Position numbers and translations under genes: made by a program. A stretch of DNA of 32,736 nucleotides from a virus (Duplodnaviria; Caudoviricetes), in the IMG/VR virus record IMGVR_UViG_3300046009_009505, positions 1 to 32,736 of that record, one strand, 5' to 3'. Below the pieces are notes generated by a model. It saw only the letters and a list, made by a program, of their open reading frames with translations, had not been told where the DNA came from and ran no database searches. Below are positions 1 to 5,968 of the stretch, piece by piece (within the stretch, counting starts at the first letter, position 1; every line of letters starts with the position of its first letter).

Positions 1-136
1 GTTCGCTCCTTGAACTATGTGTAACTTTCTCAAACCCGTGCCGGGAGCTTTCGCCCACGGACGGATCCACCACCTGCGTTGTCAGGAACCCCCGCCCGTC
101 ATTCGCATCGGGAGGGGGGTGCGGCACACGCCGCGG

Positions 137-415
137 TTACTGCTCGGTGCCCTGCCGCTCGGAGTAGGGCGGGCGGGCGGGAACGGCCCGACACGCCAGG
201 TATTCGGCGTAGGCCCAGCGGATCAGGCCGAGCTTTTCCTCGTCGTCAATCTCGCCGCGGTCCCTCATCTCGCTGATGATGCGGCACATCCGCTCGAACA
301 TGCTGCGGCACGCGTTTTCGGTGCGGAGCGGCACCGTGCGGGTCGGCGGTCCAATGGGTGGAACGGCGACGGCGGAAGCTGCGAGGCACGCGGACAGGAG
401 GAGCGTCTTGAGCAT
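137..415 (-). CDS. Small putative secreted Cys-containing protein (92 aa), unknown function
   Basis: N-terminal signal-peptide-like MLKTLLLSACLAASAVA; SD-like GAAAGG a few nt upstream; co-oriented with the early operon. Confidence 0.6.
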   Translation of the reverse strand: MLKTLLLSACLAASAVAVPPIGPPTRTVPLRTENACRSMFERMCRIISEMRDRGEIDDEEKLGLIRWAYAEYLACRAVPARPPYSERQGTEQ

Positions 416-608
416 GGTGGGCCTTTCGTTGCGAATGAAACCCCGGCGCCGGGTGTGTGTCCGCGCGCCGGAGAGAGGAGAGAGACAATGCTGGGGCGGG
501 GCTTTCGCCTCTCACCCCAGCCGGAGGGGGATGCGCTGGAGCGTGGCCTGGGTGCGAGCCCAAGCGCCGCGTGCCGTGAACAACGCGGCGGACCTACCCA
601 CGCATGAT
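416..608 (-). ncRNA. Candidate structured intergenic RNA (three-way junction plus two hairpins)
   Basis: GCGTGG(541-546)/CCACGC(598-603) closes hairpins 547-564 and 565-590; hairpin 490-521 has a GAAA loop on the minus strand; hairpin CCGGCGC/GCGCCGG at 443-471. Confidence 0.35.
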
Positions 609-1571
609 TCAGGTGCCGCTGTCGGGCTCGAACGGCGGCGGATCGCTCAGGAAGTCCAGATCGTCGTTGATGGGCTTGGCTGCGGGCTTGGTCGTCTTGG
701 CAGGCTCGGCCTTTGCCGCGGCAACCGTCGCGGCTCGAATCTGCTCCACCTTGGCGGCAACGCTGGGAGCGGTGGCGGGCTCGGGCTCCTGCCCAACCTG
801 CTCGCCGGTCCCCATCTCGCCGAAGTCCAGAGCAACTTCCGCCCGGTCCACGTTCGATATTGCCACCTCAACATCCACGGTCAGGGGCAGGTACTTGCAC
901 AGACGGCGCAGGGCGGTCTTCTTGGCCATCTCGCCGTAGTGGTCGGCCCACGGCCCGAACTTGCCCGCCCGGCTCATGCCGCGGATGCGATCGACTTCCG
1001 CCCGCGTCATCACCACCAACTGATGCGCCCCGTCCTTGAACGTGGCCATTGCCCAAGCGTGGGTGATCTTGCTGTCGCTCATGTCCGAGGCACATGGCTT
1101 GTGCCTGAACTTGGGGTGAATCCCGTGTTCAAACTCGAACTCATCACCATCTCTTACAACTTCAGCCTGAATGGTGCTGATGAACCCGGAACGCCTGGCC
1201 AGCTCGACCAGCCCGCGATAGCCGACGATCAACTGGCATTCGCAGGTGTTGGCCTTGCGATTCTCGTAGGGGATCAGGTAGACGCTGCCCAAGGTGCTAG
1301 GCATGAGCTTCAACTCTGCACACTTCACCATGCAGTCCAGAACACTCAATGGCGTGCACGCCATGAGCTTGGGGGTGCGGCTCGCGGCAATGGCAAAGAG
1401 CTTCACCAACGCCTCCGCACTCATCGCGGCCCCGGCCACCTTCTGCAACTCGTCCTTCTTCGATCCGCCCAACAGGGCCCGCACACTCAGCCGACTGTCC
1501 GCCGGCGGCTCCTGCTTGACCACCGAACCGTTCGTATCAATCACGCTCATCTGTCCGTTTGCCTGCGTCAC
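609..1571 (-). CDS. recT: RecT-family single-strand annealing protein
   Basis: RecT motifs TPKLMACTPLSVLDC..CAELKLMP..LGSVYLIPY, CQLIVGYRGLVELARRSG, GPWADHYGEMAKKTALRRLCKYLP; acidic/aromatic C-terminal tail; near an exonuclease gene. Confidence 0.93.
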   Translation of the reverse strand: MTQANGQMSVIDTNGSVVKQEPPADSRLSVRALLGGSKKDELQKVAGAAMSAEALVKLFAIAASRTPKLMACTPLSVLDCMVKCAELKLMPSTLGSVYLIPYENRKANTCECQLIVGYRGLVELARRSGFISTIQAEVVRDGDEFEFEHGIHPKFRHKPCASDMSDSKITHAWAMATFKDGAHQLVVMTRAEVDRIRGMSRAGKFGPWADHYGEMAKKTALRRLCKYLPLTVDVEVAISNVDRAEVALDFGEMGTGEQVGQEPEPATAPSVAAKVEQIRAATVAAAKAEPAKTTKPAAKPINDDLDFLSDPPPFEPDSGT

Positions 1572-2593
1572 TTCGCACCTCCCTCAAGAACTGCCGCCAT
1601 CTGATCCACCCACGCCGCCGCCTTCACGTTCGCCTCGCGGATACGGGCCACCACTGAAACCGCACGCGGGCCGACTGCCGGGAACTCAAACGCCCGCAGC
1701 CGTTCAGCCACATCACGCAGCTTGGCCGCGTCGGGGGCGTCCTCGAGTGCCCGCGCCGCCCGTTCTTCTGCTTCCTGCTTGGCCTGCTCTGCCGCAGCCT
1801 GGGCACGCTCCGCGGCTTCGGTCGCCGCCTGTGCTTCTTTGGCCTCTTGCATGATGCGGTCGGCCTCGGCTCGCTCAGCGTCGATCTTGGCCCGTTCCTC
1901 CCGCATCTCGGCCTCGTGCGCCTCACGTTCGGCCCGAGCCTTCAACTCGCGTTCCGCCGCCTCGGCCTTGAGCTTGGCGTTTTCCTTCACCAGCCGCAAC
2001 TCGTTGGCCCGGCGCTCAGCCTCTGCCGCCGCCGCTGCCTCTGCGTCCGCCTTGGCCTTCGCCTGGCGACCCTCAAACGCCTCCCGCTCGCGGGTGTACA
2101 GGTTGTTCCAAGCGTCGTCGCTCATGCCGCCAAGGTCGTGGTAACGGGTGTCTGTGCCGAACGGCATCAGTGCCGTGGCACGGTCGATGCGGCGCACTTC
2201 TGACCGCTTGATTTCCGCACGCTCGGCGTAGGTTTCGCACTCTTCCAGCCGCGTCTCGACCTTCTCGCACTCGACACGGATCATGCCCGCGACAGCATCA
2301 ACGGCCTTGCCGAACCGCAGGGCGTCTTCCTTGACCATCTTGCGGGTGGCCTCGGTCGCCGTCCTGACCTTCTTGATTTCGAGCCTTGCCACCTTCGCGG
2401 CCTTCATCGCCGCCGTCTGGTTCTCGTCCGTCACCACGATGTTCGCTGCCTTGCTCGTCGCCTCCTGCATGTCGCAGAAGTGGCCGCCAAACGACACCAG
2501 CAGCGTCTCTGATGTGCTTGCGGACACCCCCGCCGCCTCGATGGCCTTGACCAACTCACTGTTTTCTTTCACGGTACTGCTCACGGAACCCAT
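1568..2593 (-). CDS. Phage coiled-coil protein of RecET modules (DUF1351-like)
   Basis: ARLEIKKVRTATEATRKMVKEDALRFGKAVDAVA motif and long A/E/R coiled coil; GGAG SD; stop overlaps the recT GTG start. Confidence 0.7.
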   Translation of the reverse strand: MGSVSSTVKENSELVKAIEAAGVSASTSETLLVSFGGHFCDMQEATSKAANIVVTDENQTAAMKAAKVARLEIKKVRTATEATRKMVKEDALRFGKAVDAVAGMIRVECEKVETRLEECETYAERAEIKRSEVRRIDRATALMPFGTDTRYHDLGGMSDDAWNNLYTREREAFEGRQAKAKADAEAAAAAEAERRANELRLVKENAKLKAEAAERELKARAEREAHEAEMREERAKIDAERAEADRIMQEAKEAQAATEAAERAQAAAEQAKQEAEERAARALEDAPDAAKLRDVAERLRAFEFPAVGPRAVSVVARIREANVKAAAWVDQMAAVLEGGAK

Positions 2594-2663
2594 CCATTTC
2601 TCCAGCGAATGCGCTGGCCCTTTCCCCGCTCTCTATGACGGGGATCGGGCGAGGGCACGCGCC

Positions 2664-3557
2664 TCAGACGTTGCCGTCGGTCCACTTGGCGATGTACCAG
2701 GTGGGGGGCTGAATCTCGACCAGTTCGGCGGCGTATCCAGGCCATGCGTTGGCCTGCTGACACTTGCGGACCTGATCCAACCAGCGGTCCACGCGGATGC
2801 GTCCGATGGTCAGGAACTCGGCGCCGAGGCTGTACCCTGCCGCCTCAAACGGTGCTTCGTTCTCGACGCAGCCGAACACGAAATCCAGACCGGACAGGCC
2901 CAGAGCGTGACAGCCGCGGAGGTAGAACGCGGCTTGGGTGTCGTACCCATAATCCACGATGCTGGCCGCAAACGCCCGTTCGGAAGCGTCGGCAGTCGTC
3001 TTAAGGTCGCCGATCATCATGGTGCCGATGATCGAATCGAGCTTGGCTTTGCAGGTCACGCCGCCATCGTCCCACACAATGACCACTTCGGATTCGGTCG
3101 ATGCGTTGAAGATCGTTCCAAGCTGCGGGTGCTCAAGGATCGCCGCGACCATGCGTGTTGCCCGCTCCATTTCCTCGTCGGACACGATGAGTTTGCCCGG
3201 ATTCGCCTCGGCGTACTCGGTCCACGCCTTGGTGTCCATGCCGAACGCGCGGCCGGTCTTGGGGTTGATCGGGGCGGGGATGGTGTTGCCCTTCACGCGG
3301 CTGGGCTCGAACAACATCAGGTGTGCCAGGGAGCCGAGACGCTTGGCGTCCGATTCCTTGTGGCTGCCGCTGGCGTAGTTCACCTTGAAGTGAGCCGGCG
3401 AACGGTCCATGAGCTTGAGCGTGCTGTGGTTCACCGCGCGGGCGGAAAAGTACACATCGCTCGGAACGTCGCGGTAGATGCCCGGCTTGGGATCCTTGGG
3501 ATTGAACGCCTTGGCGTCCTGAATGGTGAGGGGGAACGTTGCGGTTGCTGTCGTCAC
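2664..3557 (-). CDS. RecE/exonuclease VIII-like PD-(D/E)XK nuclease (DUF3799-like)
   Basis: PGIYRDVPSDVYF..AVNHSTLK..SPAHF, GSLAHLMLFEP, E..IVW, CKAKLD, IGDLKTT, YGYDTQAAFY; start moved to GTG 3557 behind SD AGGAG. Confidence 0.88.
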   Translation of the reverse strand: MTTATATFPLTIQDAKAFNPKDPKPGIYRDVPSDVYFSARAVNHSTLKLMDRSPAHFKVNYASGSHKESDAKRLGSLAHLMLFEPSRVKGNTIPAPINPKTGRAFGMDTKAWTEYAEANPGKLIVSDEEMERATRMVAAILEHPQLGTIFNASTESEVVIVWDDGGVTCKAKLDSIIGTMMIGDLKTTADASERAFAASIVDYGYDTQAAFYLRGCHALGLSGLDFVFGCVENEAPFEAAGYSLGAEFLTIGRIRVDRWLDQVRKCQQANAWPGYAAELVEIQPPTWYIAKWTDGNV

Positions 3558-3584
3558 GGTCAGACTCCTGAATGTGATTGGCCA

Positions 3585-3662
3585 ACACGGCGAATCCCCT
3601 TGGGCCCCTGCGCTGGCGACAAGCAGGGGTGTGCGGCACAGGCCCTCGGGGTTTCGTCGTGT
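3585..3662 (-). ncRNA. Candidate structured leader/intergenic RNA upstream of the exonuclease
   Basis: Outer stem ACACGGCGAATCCCC (3585-3599)/GGGGTTTCGTCGTGT (3648-3662), 13/15 complementary, enclosing CCCCTGC/GCAGGGG and TGTG-CGG-CACA. Confidence 0.4.
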
Positions 3663-4099
3663 CACTCGAGCATCATCAGGGCAAGTTCAAGGTCGTCCGC
3701 GATCTTGCGGGTGTCGGTCACATCGCCGCAGTTAACGCGACGATGCAGCCGCTTGAGCAGATTGATGCCCGCGCGCCGCTTGTTCTCAGCGTCAGACAGC
3801 GGGGGCAGCTTGGAGAGGGGCGGCAGGCTCGCCGCGGCGTGGCCCATCGTGCCGCCACGCCCGCCGTGTGCAGGGTCGCTGCAAACGTCCGCGGGGCATC
3901 CACCATCGAAGGCGTCTGCGAACAGTTCGCCATCGGAGAGCCGCCCGAACTTCTCGGGGGGTGCGTTCAGAATGTCGTTGATGAGTGCGGCCTCGGCAGC
4001 GAGCGGCGAGGGGGCCCGACCATCCGCCCGACGGGTGGGGTGGTCAAGGTCGAGGGCGGGGGCAACGGACGCGATGATGTTGCGGAAAACCTGATTCAC
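3662..4099 (-). CDS. Hypothetical early protein (145 aa)
   Basis: GTG start with GGAG SD, 2 nt after the recombinase stop; no recognisable motif. Confidence 0.65.
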   Translation of the reverse strand: MNQVFRNIIASVAPALDLDHPTRRADGRAPSPLAAEAALINDILNAPPEKFGRLSDGELFADAFDGGCPADVCSDPAHGGRGGTMGHAAASLPPLSKLPPLSDAENKRRAGINLLKRLHRRVNCGDVTDTRKIADDLELALMMLE

Positions 4100-4101
4100 G
4101 G

Positions 4102-5433
4102 TCAGACTCCATCAAGGAGTCGGGCGACCGATCTGAGCAGATCAGCGATTGCTGATCTTTGCTCCGTTCCAAGTTTTTGCTCCGACAATGCCGATTGTCG
4201 GAGTGCAAACTCGGCGGATTTCAGACCGTCGAACGACTCGACCCACGCAGATGCAGCGGCCCGCACGCCCGACGATTGGTCAGGTTGCGAAGCATGAACA
4301 GGCCGTTGTGTGCGGGCCGCTGTGTCTGCGTGATGATTTGGGGGTGCCTGTTCATGGACTTGCTTCGCACCCTTATCATCGGCGATTGGTGGGGGTGGAG
4401 TCAAGTCTTTTGTGTTCGATCCATCACTTTTTTCTTCAGGCCACAGTTCGGGCAATCGCTCCAGCGCAGCAGAAAACAGGCCCAAGTCAGCATCTAAGTA
4501 TCTGTCCCCTACGTCGTTGGCGTGCCGGATCAGTTGGTCGATTACGTTCGCCTGGACGCCAACCGCGACCAGCGTAGTTTTGAACCATTTTCTTGCGGAA
4601 TGTGGGGAGAATCCCCTACCTCGAGCATCTTTCTCGAGTATTCCAGCCCGTTCGCGGTCTGCTCGCCATGCGGTTCGGGCGGGCTGGATTGGGAATACCG
4701 GGTCCTCGAGGGAATGCGGCACCGTCGCCCGATGCTCGGTCAGCAGGGACGCCAGCCGCCGCGGCAGCGGGAGCGTGATGTGACGGGCTCCCTTGTGCAT
4801 GTCGGGCTTCCACCGGATCACCGGCGGGTCCGCGTCCAGGCTCAGATCCCCCCACTTCCACCCGCGAGGCGTCGCCCCGTTCTCGTCGCCCCCCAGCTCG
4901 CCGTACCGCAGGCCACACATGAACAGGGCGTACCAGTACAGTGCCCGGTTGCCCGTCGCCCGTCGGTCCCGGCGCTGTGCCGCCAACGCGAACCGGATCA
5001 GCAGGCGGGCTTCTTCGGTCTTCGCCGCCCGTGCCCCCGGTGCGTCGTCGCTGCCTGATTGGTGTGCCAGTACCAGCGGGTCACGCGGGAGCCGTTGCGC
5101 CGCGGCGAGCCATCGGGTGAAGCTCTTGAACGCAGACAGTGCCGCGTCCCCGGTGTTGAGTGCCCACCGCCCGGACGACACGCGGGCGCCGATCCACCCG
5201 GTGACGGCTTCAAACGTGATCCCCTCGGGGTGACGCCAACCAAGCTCCGCAGCAGCGGCCTCGATGGTTTCGCGGAACTGGCGGATTGATTTCGGCTTTC
5301 GGCCTCGACCGAGCATGTACGCGGCCCAAGCGTCCAGAGCGGAATCCAGCGCCGAAGCGTCGGTTTCAAGCCTGGCCAACACTGGTCCCGCTTCACGCTC
5401 CGCCGGCGTCGCAACTCGCGCGGTGGTGCTCAT
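4102..5433 (-). CDS. Tyrosine recombinase / phage integrase with about 110-aa C-terminal extension
   Basis: Catalytic R (CGLRYGEL), K (HKG), HxxR (FSPHSARK), H (LIRHA), Y (DRYL); N-terminal core-binding-like helices; start at ATG 5433 chosen from TTGCAC-N18-CACAAT-N6-ATG. Confidence 0.9.
   Translation of the reverse strand: MSTTARVATPAEREAGPVLARLETDASALDSALDAWAAYMLGRGRKPKSIRQFRETIEAAAAELGWRHPEGITFEAVTGWIGARVSSGRWALNTGDAALSAFKSFTRWLAAAQRLPRDPLVLAHQSGSDDAPGARAAKTEEARLLIRFALAAQRRDRRATGNRALYWYALFMCGLRYGELGGDENGATPRGWKWGDLSLDADPPVIRWKPDMHKGARHITLPLPRRLASLLTEHRATVPHSLEDPVFPIQPARTAWRADRERAGILEKDARGRGFSPHSARKWFKTTLVAVGVQANVIDQLIRHANDVGDRYLDADLGLFSAALERLPELWPEEKSDGSNTKDLTPPPPIADDKGAKQVHEQAPPNHHADTAARTQRPVHASQPDQSSGVRAAASAWVESFDGLKSAEFALRQSALSEQKLGTEQRSAIADLLRSVARLLDGV
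4244..4369. repeat. Two interleaved long inverted repeats (A-B-A'-B') inside the recombinase 3' end
   Basis: A 4244-4266 vs A' 4310-4332 (21/23); B 4286-4303 vs B' 4346-4369 (18 bp with a short bulge). Confidence 0.85.
4375..4404 (-). promoter_or_regulatory. Putative internal sigma70 promoter for the early operon
   Basis: TTGACT(4404-4399)-N18-GATGAT(4380-4375), with an A-rich stretch upstream on the minus strand. Confidence 0.4.
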
Positions 5434-5757
5434 TCCCTCATTGTGTGGCATCACCCCCTCAATGTGCAAGGTAAATTTACCCCTATCCGTGTGAGAAAGT
5501 GTGATTTCACAGGCCGAACCGTCCGATACCACGATTCGCACCGTCCCCATAACCAATTCTCCCGCATAGCTTTGTGTAGTGGGGGCCAGCGTACCGGGGA
5601 ATCCGCTGGCTGGCAAGAGTTTGACGCAGGATTTGTCAACGTGCCGTTTCTGGAGAAGTCGCCAGAGTCGTAACGCATAACCGCCACGCTGGTGATGCGA
5701 TAGGTTCGGGCGATTTTCGCCATTGTGCCGGGTGGGGGCGTGCGTTACCCTTGGGGG
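5434..5757. promoter_or_regulatory. Divergent control region with two leaderless-type promoters and palindromic operator candidates
   Basis: Minus: TTGCAC-N18-CACAAT-N6-ATG(5433). Plus: TTGTGC-N17-TACCCT-N6-ATG(5758). Palindromes GGTAAATTTACC (5470-5481), TGTGATTTCACA (5500-5511), TTGAC-N9-GTCAA (5621-5639); hairpin GCCAGCG/CGCTGGC (5585-5610); more AT-rich than flanks. Confidence 0.55.
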
Positions 5758-5967
5758 ATGAGCACCACACGCAAGCCGTTCACGTTCCGCGACTTGCTTG
5801 CAATCGTGTTCACGCTTCTGCTGGTCGTTGGGTCCGTTGGCGGCGCGATCTACTCCATCGCCAGCCGCCCACGCGAACCTGACGCCATGACTGCGGGGCA
5901 GGCGGTGCTCTGCGCCGGGTTGTTTCTGGCCTTTCTTTTCGGCGTGTCTCTCGGACGCTCCAAGTAG
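5758..5967 (+). CDS. Small two-TM membrane protein (69 aa); possible superinfection exclusion/moron
   Basis: Two hydrophobic helices (LLAIVFTLLLVVGSVGGAIYSIA; AVLCAGLFLAFLFGVSL); only convincing plus-strand gene; abuts the giant gene stop tail-to-tail. Confidence 0.65.
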   Translation: MSTTRKPFTFRDLLAIVFTLLLVVGSVGGAIYSIASRPREPDAMTAGQAVLCAGLFLAFLFGVSLGRSK

Positions 5968-5968
5968 C

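Larger units (their letters stand above)
3554..4110. repeat. 15-bp perfect direct repeat TCACGGTCAGACTCC at 3554-3568 and 4096-4110
   Basis: Read directly; on the minus strand it is GGAGTCTGACCGTGA, the SD plus GTG start of two consecutive genes. Confidence 0.85.

Noticed and set aside
541-603. Possible tRNA gene
   Set aside because: No D arm, no 7-nt anticodon loop and no canonical TTCGA T-loop; kept only as a tRNA-like fold
4408-4427. tRNA-derived attP core (GTTCGATCC)
   Set aside because: Only a T-loop-like 9-mer without a convincing T-stem or acceptor end
5500-5511. CRP site TGTGA..TCACA
   Set aside because: Spacer is 2 nt rather than 6; kept only as a generic palindrome
5434-5616. Extended N-terminus of the recombinase in the ORF track
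   Set aside because: Overlaps the AT-richer palindromic control region; promoter geometry favours ATG 5433, though 5550 cannot be excluded
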